Origin: Deltaproteobacteria bacterium
Lineage (GTDB): Bacteria > Desulfobacterota > Binatia > UBA12015
Reading direction: 5' to 3'
DNA length: 64,000 bases
NCBI GenBank assembly: GCA_046583355.1
Contig: JAYGCM010000087.1
Span: 46,988 to 110,987 of the forward strand
The position numbers and the translations under genes were made by a program. Below the pieces are notes generated by a model, which worked only from the letters and a program-made list of their open reading frames with translations, did not search any database and was not told the DNA's origin. Positions 23,911 through 34,465 of this stretch are shown here, piece by piece (the stretch's first letter is position 1; every line of letters starts with the position of its first letter).

Positions 23911-26115
23911 ATGGTCGGTGCGGAGAGGGAGAGGGCGTTCGGTGGCGTCGGTGACGCGGCGTCGGGTCGGCGGGGGCTCGAAGCCCTGTTCGCGACGCTC
24001 CTTTACGCGGCCGCAGTGCCCTGGGTTTTTCGGCCCTGGTTTCTTGCTGCGGACCTCCTGCCGCATTCGAGCGGCCTGCTGGGCGCGATGGTCGATGCGG
24101 ACCTGAACCTCAATATCTGGATTCTCGCCTGGGCCGCGCACGCGGCATTGACGGATTTCACCCAGATCTTCCAAGGTAATATTTTCCATCCGGCGCCGAA
24201 TGCGCTGGTTGGCTCGGAGAATATGCTGGCCCATCTGCCCTTCACGGTGCCGGCCCTGGCGCTTACCGGCGACGCGCTCTTCGTGCTCAAAACCTATGTT
24301 CTTGAGTCCTTCGCACTCAGCGGGCTCGGCATGTTCCTCTACGTCCGCCACCATACGCGTAGCCTGCCGGCGGCTTTTTTTGCCGGTGCAGCCTATACCT
24401 TCACGGCCTTTCGCGCCGAGACGATCCCGCAGCCGCAATACCTCGCCGTCGCCTTCTTGCCGCTGGCTTTTCTCGCGTTGGATCTCTGGCTGCAATGCCA
24501 TCGCCTGCGCTGGCTGGTCGCGCTTGCCGCCTGTCTCGCCCTGCAAGCTTATTCTTGTGTTTACGTCGGTTTCTTCACGCTATTGGCCGTCCCGGTATAC
24601 GCGCTGGCGCGGCTCGCCGGCCACCGCGGGTCCCGCCTCCGGGCCGCCCTCGGTCTGCTGGTGGCAGGTCTGGCCGCCGGCGTGTTGTTGATTCCGCTGG
24701 CGATCCCCTACCTGGAGGCGCGCTCCTACGGCATGGTGCCGGACCAGCCGGGCGCCGTCGTGCGCGCCGGTTCCTGGACACTCGCGGCCTATTTCTCATC
24801 GGCCTTTATCTACCGGGTGGGTCTGATTCCTCTTGCACTGGTTGTCTACGGGCTTGTTTTGCGGCTCGCACCTACCAGTGGTGCCCGCCGCGCGGAGCGG
24901 CAGCATTTGCCGAGCCTGGCCCTTTGGGCCGTGGTCGGAGCCTCCCTTCTGCTCGGGTTGGGCCCCGTGGTTGTGCTGCCCGGCGGTGTCGAGTTGCCGA
25001 CGCCCTATACGTTTTTACAGAGTTTCCTGCCCGGATTTTCTTCGCTGCGTGTCCCCATCCGCTTTGTGACGATTGTCGCCGCGGGGCTCTCGGCGCTGGC
25101 CGGCTTTGCGCTGGCCGAGGTGTTGCGGGATTGGCGCGCACCGGCGCGCCTGGTGGCCGCAATGGCGCTGGCGGTAGCCTGTGTTCTGGGTGCGTCGAGC
25201 GAGGTGCGCCCGACGATGGCGGCCGGGCTGGGCGCGAGCGCCCAGCCGGCCTATCTCTGGCTGGCGCAGCAGGAGGGAGAGTCGGCGGTAGTGGAGATTC
25301 CCGGTCCGACGCGGCTCTCGGGCGACCTCGGCGCGGACCTGCGCAATAGCCGGTATATGGTGGCGAGTACCCTGCATTGGCGCCCGCTGGTCAACGGCTA
25401 TACCGCCTACCCGCCGCCGGCGTCGGGGGCGGTTTTCCCAGCCTTGCGTGACCTCCCCGATGGCGACGCTCTGCAGGCGTTGGTGGATCTGACCGGAGTG
25501 GGCTGGCTGGTGCTGCACCGCGACGCCTTGGCGCCGCATGAGGCGCGTCGGTGGTCGGGTGCCCTGCCGCCGGGCCTCGTGCTGGCAAAGGCGTTCGGCG
25601 CGGTCGAGGTCTACCGGGTGGAGATTGCCGCCGAGCAGCCTTGGGCCGCGCGCCTGGCGGCGCCACCGCGGCGCTCGGGGACAACCTTTGCTGGTACCTC
25701 GGTCGCGCCGCTGGGCGAGAATTGCCGGCCGATCGGTCTGACGATCCTGGAGGCACCGGCGCGTTTTTCGCGGCTTCCGGTAGGCGTGCGAATCGGCATG
25801 CAGATCACCAACGCCAGCCCGTGCGCGCTGCCCGCCTTGGGCCAGTTGCCGCATGGGTTGGTCGGCTTGGCCTATCGTTGGCGTGCGCCGGGGGCGCCTT
25901 GGTCGGCACCGACGGCGATCGCACGCTTGCTGCGCGATCTTGCGCCGGGAACGAAGATGCCCACGTCCATCTCGGTCTCGCCGCCGGGTGGCGCCGCGGG
26001 AACCTATGAGTTGGAGATCCAACTCATTCAGCAGGGAGAAGAGGCGCCCCTGGCGCGTGTGCGGAAGACCTTCGCGGTCGGTCGCATTCCGGCCGGACCG
26101 CTCGGCGAAAAGTAG
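23911..26115 (+). CDS. large polytopic membrane protein with C-terminal periplasmic domain (possible GT-C-fold glycosyltransferase; hypothetical)
   Basis: 734 aa. About 12 predicted TM helices lie in the first 440 aa, with an early acidic loop VDADLNLNIW reminiscent of GT-C catalytic loops. The C-terminal 290 aa are soluble. Function is not established. Confidence 0.55.
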   Translation: MVGAERERAFGGVGDAASGRRGLEALFATLLYAAAVPWVFRPWFLAADLLPHSSGLLGAMVDADLNLNIWILAWAAHAALTDFTQIFQGNIFHPAPNALVGSENMLAHLPFTVPALALTGDALFVLKTYVLESFALSGLGMFLYVRHHTRSLPAAFFAGAAYTFTAFRAETIPQPQYLAVAFLPLAFLALDLWLQCHRLRWLVALAACLALQAYSCVYVGFFTLLAVPVYALARLAGHRGSRLRAALGLLVAGLAAGVLLIPLAIPYLEARSYGMVPDQPGAVVRAGSWTLAAYFSSAFIYRVGLIPLALVVYGLVLRLAPTSGARRAERQHLPSLALWAVVGASLLLGLGPVVVLPGGVELPTPYTFLQSFLPGFSSLRVPIRFVTIVAAGLSALAGFALAEVLRDWRAPARLVAAMALAVACVLGASSEVRPTMAAGLGASAQPAYLWLAQQEGESAVVEIPGPTRLSGDLGADLRNSRYMVASTLHWRPLVNGYTAYPPPASGAVFPALRDLPDGDALQALVDLTGVGWLVLHRDALAPHEARRWSGALPPGLVLAKAFGAVEVYRVEIAAEQPWAARLAAPPRRSGTTFAGTSVAPLGENCRPIGLTILEAPARFSRLPVGVRIGMQITNASPCALPALGQLPHGLVGLAYRWRAPGAPWSAPTAIARLLRDLAPGTKMPTSISVSPPGGAAGTYELEIQLIQQGEEAPLARVRKTFAVGRIPAGPLGEK

Positions 26116-26168
26116 GCCTGCTTGCGGATGGTGCACTCTTCGGCCGCTCCTCATAGAGTCGTTCTCTG

Positions 26169-27089
26169 ATGGAAGAACGGACCTATACGGTGTTGGGGAC
26201 AGGCGCTCTGGGCGGTTATTATGGGGCACGTCTGCACCACGGCGGCGTGCGCGTTCGTTTCCTGCTGCATAGCGATTTTGCGCATGTCCGCCGCCATGGG
26301 CTTCGCGTCGAGTCTCCTGAGGGAGATTTCTCGATCGCCAAACCAGAGATCTACGCGGCCCCGACGGATCTCCCTCCCTCGGATGTGGTGCTTGTCTGTC
26401 TCAAATCCACCGGTAATGCCCAGTTGCCCGAGTTGATTCCGCCCGCCGTGGGGAAAAGCGGGGTGGTTGTCGTGATGCAGAACGGGCTCGGCATCGAAGA
26501 GGAGATCGCGGCTTTTCTGCCGCAGCATCGCATCTTCGGCGGCCTCTCTTTTCTCTGCTCGAATAAGGTCGGGCCCGGTCATATCCGGCATTCCGATTAT
26601 GGTCAGGTGCGCTTCGGTGAGTATTTGCCCGGTGGCGCCTCGGCCGGCATCAGCGCGTGCATGCGCGCCATGGGCGCGGATTTCGAGCGCGCCGGCATCC
26701 CCGTCGTGCTCGAAGAGGATCTGGCCACGGCCCGTTGGAAGAAGCTGGTCTGGAATATCCCGTATAACGGGCTCTGCGCTTTGCGCGATTGCCCCACCGA
26801 TGCACTGATGAAGGATCCGCAGGACCATGCGCTGATTGCCGAGTTGATGCACGAAGTGCGCGCCGTGGCGGCCGCCGCCGGTGTCGCGATAGCGGCGAGT
26901 TTCCAGGCGGCAATGTTCGAGAATACGGCGGCGATGGGTGCCTACCTGCCGAGTATGTTGCTCGATAGGCGTGGCGGGCGTCCGCTTGAGATCGATGCGA
27001 TCTACGCCGCGCCATTGGCGGTGGCAAGGCGCCATGGTGTGGCCTGTCCGCGGATGGAGGAGTTGCATTCCGCTCTGCGTGGGGTCTGA
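26169..27089 (+). CDS. panE: 2-dehydropantoate 2-reductase
   Basis: MEERTYTVLGTGALGGYYGARL is the N-terminal Rossmann fold. The whole-length ApbA/PanE architecture is present, including ...KLVWNIPYNGLCAL... Confidence 0.85.
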   Translation: MEERTYTVLGTGALGGYYGARLHHGGVRVRFLLHSDFAHVRRHGLRVESPEGDFSIAKPEIYAAPTDLPPSDVVLVCLKSTGNAQLPELIPPAVGKSGVVVVMQNGLGIEEEIAAFLPQHRIFGGLSFLCSNKVGPGHIRHSDYGQVRFGEYLPGGASAGISACMRAMGADFERAGIPVVLEEDLATARWKKLVWNIPYNGLCALRDCPTDALMKDPQDHALIAELMHEVRAVAAAAGVAIAASFQAAMFENTAAMGAYLPSMLLDRRGGRPLEIDAIYAAPLAVARRHGVACPRMEELHSALRGV

Positions 27090-27118
27090 GAATCCGGGCC
27101 GGCCGCAGGGCCGCTGGT

Positions 27119-27144
27119 CGGCCCACCTTGAAGGTCGGGTGGGC
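27119..27144 (+). other. GC-rich hairpin (GGCCCACC-N10-GGTGGGCC) between panE and tRNA-Ala
   Basis: 8-bp perfect stem at 27119-27126 and 27137-27144. There is no T-tract, so it is not a canonical intrinsic terminator; it may be a REP-like or processing element. Confidence 0.25.
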
Positions 27145-27192
27145 CGTTGATAAACCCTCCCATTCCCTCGGCGCTTTCGATGGCCGATGTAG

Positions 27193-27265
27193 GGGGCAGT
27201 AGCTCAGTTGGGAGAGCACCACGTTCGCAACGTGGGGGTCGTGGGTTCAAATCCCATCTGCTCCA
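27193..27265 (+). tRNA. tRNA-Ala (anticodon CGC)
   Basis: Cloverleaf: acceptor GGGGCAG/CTGCTCC with the G3:U70 alanine identity pair, D-arm GCTC-AGTTGGGA-GAGC, anticodon arm CCACG-TTCGCAA-CGTGG (anticodon CGC), T-arm GTGGG-TTCAAAT-CCCAT, and discriminator A. The CCA end is not encoded. Confidence 0.9.
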
Positions 27266-27270
27266 CTCCG

Positions 27271-27306
27271 AAGCCGGCAGGCGCATCAGCGCTTGCCGGC
27301 TTTTTC
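27271..27306 (+). terminator. Rho-independent terminator after tRNA-Ala
   Basis: AAGCCGGCAGGCGC-atca-GCGCTTGCCGGCTT stem (one mismatch) followed by TTTTT at 27301-27305. Confidence 0.75.
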
Positions 27307-27342
27307 GTTGCGCCTCCCGAATCCAGGGGGTTGGGTAGGCAC

Positions 27343-28950
27343 ATGGACTTCAACCTGGCCGATCTATTCGAGCGCACTGTCGATGAGTTCCCGCAACGCG
27401 AGTACCTGGTCTGCGAGGGCAAGCGGCGCACCTACGCCGAGATGGAGGCGCGGGCCAATCGCCTTGCGCATGCACTGAAGGGCCAAGGCATCGAGCCGGG
27501 CGACCATGTCGGAATCTACGCCCTCAACTCGGTTGAATGGGTCGAGGCTCTTTGGGCGATCTTCAAGATCCGCGCGGTCTGGATCAATATCAACTACCGC
27601 TACGTCGAAGACGAGCTGCGCTATATCGTCGGCAACGCCGATTTGAAGGGGCTGATCTACGCCCGCGAGTTTGCGCCTTTGGTCGCGAGCGTGCGCGACT
27701 CCATGCCGGAGCTGCGTGGCCTGCTCTGCATCGAAGACGGCAGCGGCGCGGACCTGGCCGGGCTGGACTCGCCCGATTACGAAGATGCGCTGGCGGCAAA
27801 CCCACCTGATCGCGATTTCGCTCCGCGCTCGGGCGACGACCATTATATTCTTTATACCGGCGGCACCACGGGAATGCCCAAGGGCGTCGTCTGGCGGCAC
27901 CGGGATGTGCTCTACGCGCTCGGCGGCGGCATCGACCCCCATAGTGGCGAGCGCATCGAGAAGCCCGAAGATATGATCGCCAAGGCCGGCGACACGCCAA
28001 TGGCGTTTTTGCCGATCGCACCTCTGATGCATGGCGCGACGCAATGGGCCTGCATGGGCCAGAGCTTCACCGGCAACAAGATTGTGCTGGTGGCGCGATT
28101 CTCGCCGCAAAGTGTTTGGGATCTGATCGCCCAGGAGAAGGTCAATTCAATGATGATCACGGGCGACGCGATGGGTCGCCCGCTGATTGAGGCGCTTGAC
28201 CAAGAGCACCGGCGCGATCTGTCGAATTTTTTCCTCCTGACCAGCAGCGCCGCGACCTTCTCCCCTTCGGTCAAGGATCGCTTCTTCGACCATTTTCCGT
28301 CGCTCCTGATGATCGACGCCATCGGTTCGTCCGAGAGCGGCAACAACGGCATGATCTTCGTCGAGAAGGGCAAGACCGATATGAAGGGCGGGCCGCGGGT
28401 CAAGAAGCTCGGTGCGACCTTCGTGCTCGACGATGCGGGCAAGCCGGTTGCGGCGGGTTCGGGTGAGATCGGTCGTCTTGCTCGCAGCGGCGATATCCCG
28501 ATCGGCTACTATAACGACCCTGTCAAAACCGCCGAGACCTTCGTCACCTACGACGGCATACGCTACGCGATGCCGGGGGATTTCGCGCGGATCGAGGCCG
28601 ATGGCACGATCACATTGCTCGGCCGCGGCTCGGTATCGATCAATTCGGGCGGCGAGAAGATTTTCCCCGAGGAGGTCGAGGCGGCCGTGAAGGGCCATGC
28701 CGAAGTCTTTGATTGTACGATCGTCGGTGTGCCCGACGAGCGCTGGGGCGAGCGCGTCTGCGCCGTGGTGCAGCCGCGGCCCGATTGCACACCCACGCTC
28801 GAATCCGTCCAAGAGGCCTGCCGGCAGAAAATCGCTGGCTATAAGGTGCCGCGCGAGATGCATTTCGTGGCCGAGATCGTTCGTTCGCCCAGCGGCAAGC
28901 CCGATTACCGCTGGGCCAAAGCCTACGCGCTCGAGCAGCGCGCCGGCTGA
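27343..28950 (+). CDS. AMP-dependent acyl-CoA synthetase (fatty-acid--CoA ligase family)
   Basis: AMP-binding motif YTGGTTGMPKGV, GE-motif, and C-terminal ...KIAGYKVPRE.... ATG at 27343 (the ORF-track upstream extension through the tRNA is rejected). Confidence 0.85.
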   Translation: MDFNLADLFERTVDEFPQREYLVCEGKRRTYAEMEARANRLAHALKGQGIEPGDHVGIYALNSVEWVEALWAIFKIRAVWININYRYVEDELRYIVGNADLKGLIYAREFAPLVASVRDSMPELRGLLCIEDGSGADLAGLDSPDYEDALAANPPDRDFAPRSGDDHYILYTGGTTGMPKGVVWRHRDVLYALGGGIDPHSGERIEKPEDMIAKAGDTPMAFLPIAPLMHGATQWACMGQSFTGNKIVLVARFSPQSVWDLIAQEKVNSMMITGDAMGRPLIEALDQEHRRDLSNFFLLTSSAATFSPSVKDRFFDHFPSLLMIDAIGSSESGNNGMIFVEKGKTDMKGGPRVKKLGATFVLDDAGKPVAAGSGEIGRLARSGDIPIGYYNDPVKTAETFVTYDGIRYAMPGDFARIEADGTITLLGRGSVSINSGGEKIFPEEVEAAVKGHAEVFDCTIVGVPDERWGERVCAVVQPRPDCTPTLESVQEACRQKIAGYKVPREMHFVAEIVRSPSGKPDYRWAKAYALEQRAG

Positions 28951-28954
28951 CGCC

Positions 28955-29665
28955 ATGTGCGGCCGCTACACGCTTACCTCACCGGCCCAACAGATCGCCG
29001 AGGTCTTCGGTGTATTGGTGCCCGCCGTCTCCTGGGTGTCGCGCTATAATATCGCGCCCGGTACCGATATCCCCGTCGTGCGCGCGTCGGCCGAGGGCGG
29101 TCGCCAGCTCGACTCGTTGCATTGGGGCCTGGTCCCTTCCTGGATGGCGGAGCGCCCGACCCGGCGCCCGATGATCAACGCCCGCTCCGAGACCGTCGCC
29201 GAGAAGCCTTCCTTCCGCTCGGCCTTCCGTAAACGCCGTTGCCTGGTCCCGGCCGACGGCTTCTATGAATGGCAGAAGGCCCCCGGTGGGAAGAAACCGT
29301 ATCTGATGCGCCGGCCTGATCAGGCGCCCTTTGCCCTGGCCGGTCTCTGGGAGCATTGGGAGGGTAACGGCGGCGAGACGCTCGAATCCTGTGCTCTGCT
29401 CACCACGACGCCGAATGGTCAAATGGAGGGAATCCACGACCGCATGCCGGTCGTGCTCGCGCCGCAGGCCTGGGCGAGCTGGCTCGATACCGAGATCGAG
29501 CCCGACCAACTCAGCCATCTCTTTGCCCCGGTCGCTGACGATTATTTCTCCGCCATGGCCGTGACGACCCGCGTCAACAGCCCGCGCTATGATGACCCGC
29601 TTTGCCTGGAACCCGCGGGCTCCCGGGCGGCCTTGCCGCCCGGGACGCAGGGCGGGCTCTTTTAG
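28955..29665 (+). CDS. SOS-response-associated peptidase (SRAP/YedK, abasic-site DNA-protein crosslink family)
   Basis: Begins MCGRYTL with the catalytic Cys2. Conserved ...WGLVPSWM...PMINARSETV... motifs are present. ATG at 28955 lies 5 nt after the acyl-CoA synthetase stop. Confidence 0.85.
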   Translation: MCGRYTLTSPAQQIAEVFGVLVPAVSWVSRYNIAPGTDIPVVRASAEGGRQLDSLHWGLVPSWMAERPTRRPMINARSETVAEKPSFRSAFRKRRCLVPADGFYEWQKAPGGKKPYLMRRPDQAPFALAGLWEHWEGNGGETLESCALLTTTPNGQMEGIHDRMPVVLAPQAWASWLDTEIEPDQLSHLFAPVADDYFSAMAVTTRVNSPRYDDPLCLEPAGSRAALPPGTQGGLF

Positions 29666-30168
29666 AGGTCCGGATCTTCCGGCGCGGGGTCTTCGCCCCC
29701 TTCGTTCAGCCAGGCGAGGTCGATGTTGAGGTAGGCGCGGGCGAGCGCGGTGGTGTGGGTGGTTGCGGGGATAGGCGGCATGCGGTCGAGCAAGGTGCAG
29801 CGGTAGAGGAGGGCGTCGCGTTGATTCTGCACGGCAGTCTCGAGGATCTCCGTGTTGGCGGTTTCGCGCAGCAGGGCCAGGCGGGCGACCAGTTCGGGTG
29901 GTGATTGAGGCCAATGCGGTGGGGCCTTGAGCCAGGCCTCGAGGTGACGGTGGCCGCCCGCGGTCAGGGCAAAGGGAATCCGGCCGCGCGCATCGGGCTT
30001 GCCTTCGCTGACCAATCCGCGCCGCGCGAGGCGGCGCAGGGTGGTGCGGACCTGGGCGACGGCCAGTCCGCGAAAGGGCGCCAAGCGTGGCGCGACATGG
30101 CGGTGTAAATCGCCGCTATGCAGGGGGCCACCGGCAAGGGCCGCGAGGAGCGCGGTGGGGACGATCAT
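29662..30168 (-). CDS. PadR-like winged-helix transcriptional regulator (putative)
   Basis: LLAALAGGPLHSGDLHRHV...LRRLARRGLVSEG resembles the PadR motif L..gP.hGYel......ly..L.rLe..Gl. Convergent 4-nt overlap with the SRAP gene. Confidence 0.5.
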   Translation of the reverse strand: MIVPTALLAALAGGPLHSGDLHRHVAPRLAPFRGLAVAQVRTTLRRLARRGLVSEGKPDARGRIPFALTAGGHRHLEAWLKAPPHWPQSPPELVARLALLRETANTEILETAVQNQRDALLYRCTLLDRMPPIPATTHTTALARAYLNIDLAWLNEGGEDPAPEDPDL

Positions 30169-30336
30169 GCCACTTTCTTGCTCGCCTGTGTGGGGCTGCC
30201 CAGCCGAGCCTGCGAAACAATGTGCTGCGTGCAGCAGGACGCAGATCCATCGCTGGAAACTTGCTCGACTTCGGGCCTCCCTATTCGGCCGGATATCGAG
30301 CCTTCCGCGCGAACATTCGGAAGCGGGCCTGTTCAG

Positions 30337-30972
30337 TCAGGCGTCGGGGGGGAAGAGCGTTTGCCCGCGCGCCAGACTGTCGGCGAGCATCTCGAGGAAG
30401 GTGGCGCGCGGGATCTCTTCGGCACCGAGTCGCTCGAAATGGGGCGTCATTACCTGGCAATCAATCCATTCGGCGCCGCGTGCGCGCAGATGGTCGATGA
30501 GAAAGAGCAGCGCCAGGCGCGAGGCATCGGCCTCGGCGTAGAACATGCTCTCGCCGGAAAAGGCGCCGCCGGAGTCGATACCGTAGAGGCCGCCAACCAG
30601 CTTGTCGCCTCGCCAGGCCTCGACACTATGCGCAATGCCCATGGCGTGCAGGTCTTCATAGGCCTGGACCATCTTCTGGTTGATCCAGGTGCCGTCCTGG
30701 TCGGGGCGCGAGCGCGATGCGCATTGCTGGATCACATCCGGGAAGGCCGCGTCGATGGTGAAGCGGAGTTCCGTGCGGCGGCGCGCTTTTGCCAGGCCGC
30801 GGCCGATATGGAGGTTCGCGAAACGCAGAATCGCTCGGTCTTGCGGGCAATACCAGAGCAGCGGCAGATCTTCGGCCGGCCAGGGGAAAATGCCCTGGCG
30901 GTAGGCTGCGATGAGGGTTTCGCTGTGCAGGTCGCCGCCGACGGCGACGATATCTTCTTCCATCGAGAGCAT
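30337..30972 (-). CDS. aat: leucyl/phenylalanyl-tRNA--protein transferase
   Basis: IAAYRQGIFPWPAEDLPLLWYCPQDRAIL...AHSVEAWRGDKLVGGLYGIDSGGAFSGESMF are signature Aat motifs. Confidence 0.9.
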   Translation of the reverse strand: MLSMEEDIVAVGGDLHSETLIAAYRQGIFPWPAEDLPLLWYCPQDRAILRFANLHIGRGLAKARRRTELRFTIDAAFPDVIQQCASRSRPDQDGTWINQKMVQAYEDLHAMGIAHSVEAWRGDKLVGGLYGIDSGGAFSGESMFYAEADASRLALLFLIDHLRARGAEWIDCQVMTPHFERLGAEEIPRATFLEMLADSLARGQTLFPPDA

Positions 30973-31046
30973 GGCGTTCTACGATTGTCTTAACAGGCGG
31001 GCGCGCGATTTTTGCCAGCGGCGCGGCGGAGGGCTAACTCTTCTGC

Positions 31047-32468
31047 ATGGGCAAAAATCTTCTCGATAAGGTGTGGGACGCTCACACCGTCCGCGAACTC
31101 GAATCGGGTCAGAGCCAGCTCTTTGTCGGGCTGCACCTGATTCACGAGGTCACGAGCCCGCAGGCCTTCGCCATGTTGCGCGAAGCTGGCCTGCCGGTGG
31201 CATTTCCTGACCGCACCTTTGCGACGGTGGATCATATCATTCCGACCGATGATCAGACCCGGCCGCTGCGCGACGCGCAGGCCGAGATCATGATGAGCGC
31301 GTTGGAGGAGAATACCCGCGCCGGTGGGATTCAATTCTTCGGGCCGGAATCGGGCCATCAGGGCGTGGTGCATGTGATCGGCCCCGAACTCGGGCTCACC
31401 CAGCCGGGCATGACGATTGCCTGCGGCGATAGCCATACCAGCACGCATGGCGCGTTCGGCGCGGTTGCCTTCGGTATCGGCACCAGTCAGGTGCGCGATG
31501 TGCTGGCAACCCAATGCCTGGCGATGCAGCGCCCGAAGACGCGGCGTATCGTAGTCAATGGCGAATTGCGCCGCGGGGTCTATGCCAAGGACGTGATTCT
31601 GCACATCATCCGCCGCCTCGGCGTCAAGGGTGGAGTCGGGTTTGCCTACGAATTTTCCGGCGAGGTTTTTGACCGCATGACGATGGAGGAGCGGATGACC
31701 GTCTGCAATATGTCCATCGAAGGCGGCGCGCGTTGCGGCTACGTGAACCCCGACGAGACGACCTTCGCCTATTTGAAGGGGCGCGATTATGTGCCCGAGG
31801 GCGAAGCCTTCGAGCGCGCCGTCGCGTGGTGGCGCAGCTTGGCTTCCGATGCCGATGCCGTATTTGACGATGAAGTCGTCATTCCTGCCAGCGAAATCAC
31901 ACCGACGGTCACCTGGGGCATCAACCCCGGCCAGGCCGTCGGCATCGGCGAGGCGATTCCGCTGCCGGGCGATTTCGACGCGGATGAGAAGCCGGTTGCC
32001 GAGGACGCCTACGCTTATATGGATTGGCACGAGGGCGACTCGATTCGCGGTGCGAAGATCGACGTGGCGTTCATCGGTTCGTGTACCAATGGTCGCATTG
32101 AGGATCTGCGCGAGGCGGCGAAAGTCGCCCGCACGGGCACGGTAGCCAGCACGGTACAGGCGATTGTCGTGCCGGGTTCCCAAGAGGTGGCACGCCAGGC
32201 CGAGGCCGAAGGCCTGCCGGCCGTATTCACGGCAGCCGGCTTCGAATGGCGCCTGCCGGGTTGCTCGATGTGCCTCGCCATGAACCCCGACAAGCTCAAA
32301 GGCAACCAGGTTTGCGCGTCCTCGAGCAATCGCAATTTCAAGGGCCGGCAGGGCAGCGCGACGGGCCGGACCTTGTTGATGAGTCCGGCGATGGTCGCCG
32401 CGGCTGCGATTGCCGGCGAGGTCTGCGATGTGCGCGATATATTGCCCGAAGGAGACGCTGATGTCTGA
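31047..32468 (+). CDS. leuC: 3-isopropylmalate dehydratase large subunit
   Basis: [15 protein letters not shown]...[11 protein letters not shown]...[14 protein letters not shown]...[11 protein letters not shown] are aconitase-family Fe-S ligand motifs. Confidence 0.95.
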   Translation: MGKNLLDKVWDAHTVRELESGQSQLFVGLHLIHEVTSPQAFAMLREAGLPVAFPDRTFATVDHIIPTDDQTRPLRDAQAEIMMSALEENTRAGGIQFFGPESGHQGVVHVIGPELGLTQPGMTIACGDSHTSTHGAFGAVAFGIGTSQVRDVLATQCLAMQRPKTRRIVVNGELRRGVYAKDVILHIIRRLGVKGGVGFAYEFSGEVFDRMTMEERMTVCNMSIEGGARCGYVNPDETTFAYLKGRDYVPEGEAFERAVAWWRSLASDADAVFDDEVVIPASEITPTVTWGINPGQAVGIGEAIPLPGDFDADEKPVAEDAYAYMDWHEGDSIRGAKIDVAFIGSCTNGRIEDLREAAKVARTGTVASTVQAIVVPGSQEVARQAEAEGLPAVFTAAGFEWRLPGCSMCLAMNPDKLKGNQVCASSSNRNFKGRQGSATGRTLLMSPAMVAAAAIAGEVCDVRDILPEGDADV

Positions 32469-33096
32469 GGAAAAGAACGACGAAACGCTCCCCGTGACCT
32501 CGGTTGCCGGCCATCCCGTGCCGATTCGCGGCAACGATATCGATACCGACCGGATCATTCCGGCGCGCTTCATGACGGCTGTGACCTTTGATGGGATGGG
32601 CGAGCTGGCCTTCTATGACGTGCGATTCGATGCCGAGGGCAAAGAACTCGACCATCCGATGAACGACCCGAAGCACCGCGCCAAGGGTGCGCAGGTGGCC
32701 GTTGTCAATAAGAATTTCGGCTGTGGGTCTTCGCGTGAGCACGCGCCGCAGGCGATGCACCGCTGGGGTGTGCACGCCATGGTGGGGGAATCCTTCGCCG
32801 ATATTTTCTTCGGCAATTGCGTCGCCCTGGGGATTCCCTGCATGACGCTGGCCTCGGCGGATCTCGAAGATCTGATGCAGGCGGTCGAAAAAAACCCGGC
32901 CGAAGCGGTGGAGTTGGACGTGGCTGCCGGGCAGGTCCGTCACGGCGCGAAGAGCTACGCGGCGACGCTTCCGGCCTCGGCCCGCCAGCAATTTCTCAGT
33001 GGCACCTGGGACGCGACGCGCACACTCCTCGAGGGCATGGCACAGGTCCACGAGACGGCGGCTCGGCTGCCCTATATCGGCGGTTTTGCGACCTGA
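32461..33096 (+). CDS. leuD: 3-isopropylmalate dehydratase small subunit
   Basis: [38 protein letters not shown]...[14 protein letters not shown]. 8-nt overlap with the leuC stop. Confidence 0.9.
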   Translation: MSEEKNDETLPVTSVAGHPVPIRGNDIDTDRIIPARFMTAVTFDGMGELAFYDVRFDAEGKELDHPMNDPKHRAKGAQVAVVNKNFGCGSSREHAPQAMHRWGVHAMVGESFADIFFGNCVALGIPCMTLASADLEDLMQAVEKNPAEAVELDVAAGQVRHGAKSYAATLPASARQQFLSGTWDATRTLLEGMAQVHETAARLPYIGGFAT

Positions 33097-33118
33097 CGCT
33101 ATCGTGTAGAGCGTGGGC

Positions 33119-34270
33119 ATGCGCTCTTTACGTGACTCGTCTCTGCTCACTCTGGTTCTCGCCTGTGGCCTGCTTGCGGGCTGTGCGGCGAAGCAGCGTC
33201 TGGAAGGCCCGAATTACCCCGCCTCCGGGCCGGCCTTCGTGCGCCCCTCGCTGGCCAATGACCCCGCGGCCCTACAGCCGGCGGACCTGCGCCATCGCAT
33301 CATTCTGATCGGCGATACGGGCGATCCCGGCGAGGTCGAGCCCTCCCATGGCGCACTCGGCGTCTGGGGCAACGCGGCCTCTTCGCGCACGACCGTCCTC
33401 TTCCTCGGTGACAACCTCTATATGAGCGGGTTGACCGACGATGATCGTGAACGGGGCGAAGGAATCCTGCGCCAACAACTCGCGGCCACGCGGGCGCAGA
33501 AGATCTTCGTGCCGGGCAACCACGATTGGGGCGGCTTTGACCCGACTCGCGCGCATATCTTGTACAATCAGGAGGAGTTCATCGAAGCCGAGGGCGCCGG
33601 GCACGCGCGTTTCCGGCCTCAAGGAGGCTGCCCGGGGCCGTCCGTGGTGGAATTGGCGCCCGCCGGCGCCGATGGGCGCGGCGCTATCGTGGCGATCCTG
33701 ATCGATACGCAATGGTGGTGGGTGCCGGCCGATAAGCGAGTCGATTGTCCGGGCCGCAACTCGGCCGCCGAGGTGGTGGCCGCCCTCGATGCGGAACTCA
33801 CCCGGCATGCTGACGACCTGGTGATCGTAGCGGCGCACCATCCGTTTACCTCGGCGAGCGCGCATGGCGGCATGCCGCGTGGCTTTGTCGGCACTCTTTT
33901 TGAGAACGCCGTGTTGGGACTGGGTTTCTACCTGCAAGATCTGGGCGAGCCGCAATATATCGAGATGATCGGCCAGCTCTCGGGGCCGCTCAAGAAGAAC
34001 CCGCCGCTGGTCTATGCCGCGGGCCACGACCATGCTTTGCAGATCCTCGATGGTGGCGAGATCGCCGCCATCCAGGTGGTCAGCGGCGCTGGCTCCGAGG
34101 ATAAGGTGAGTCCGGTGACGAATATCGACGAGACGATCTTTGCCCATGCCCATACGGGATTCGTTGTCATTGATGTGCTGGGCTCGGCCGCGGCGCCGGA
34201 GGTGGTGCTGCGGGTGATCGAGCCGGGGCAGCGCAACCCCGTTTTCGACCTGGAAATTCCGCACTCCTGA
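33119..34270 (+). CDS. calcineurin-like metallophosphoesterase lipoprotein
   Basis: Signal and lipobox MRSLRDSSLLTLVLACGLLAGC. Phosphoesterase motifs GDTGD, GDNLY, GNHD and GHDH are present. I chose the ATG at 33119 over the GTG at 33113. Confidence 0.75.
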   Translation: MRSLRDSSLLTLVLACGLLAGCAAKQRLEGPNYPASGPAFVRPSLANDPAALQPADLRHRIILIGDTGDPGEVEPSHGALGVWGNAASSRTTVLFLGDNLYMSGLTDDDRERGEGILRQQLAATRAQKIFVPGNHDWGGFDPTRAHILYNQEEFIEAEGAGHARFRPQGGCPGPSVVELAPAGADGRGAIVAILIDTQWWWVPADKRVDCPGRNSAAEVVAALDAELTRHADDLVIVAAHHPFTSASAHGGMPRGFVGTLFENAVLGLGFYLQDLGEPQYIEMIGQLSGPLKKNPPLVYAAGHDHALQILDGGEIAAIQVVSGAGSEDKVSPVTNIDETIFAHAHTGFVVIDVLGSAAAPEVVLRVIEPGQRNPVFDLEIPHS

Positions 34271-34465
34271 TCCCTTCTCTGGGTGTGGCGGTCCGCGTGA
34301 TACCACTCCCTCCTCGCGAGCCGCCGGGCTCTGCTTGGAGAGGCAGCGGTGCCCCCACCCTGACCGACCGGTCTGGCAAGTTGACTCCTTTCCGGACTAG
34401 TCCTATGAAAGTTCCTGACCGATCGGTTTGGTGTTTGGGAACCGGCGGATTTCACGGAGGAGAGA

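Noticed and set aside
30990-32573. 527-aa minus-strand ORF antisense to leuC
   Set aside because: leuC on the plus strand is unambiguous (aconitase-family Fe-S motifs); the antisense translation has no family signal.
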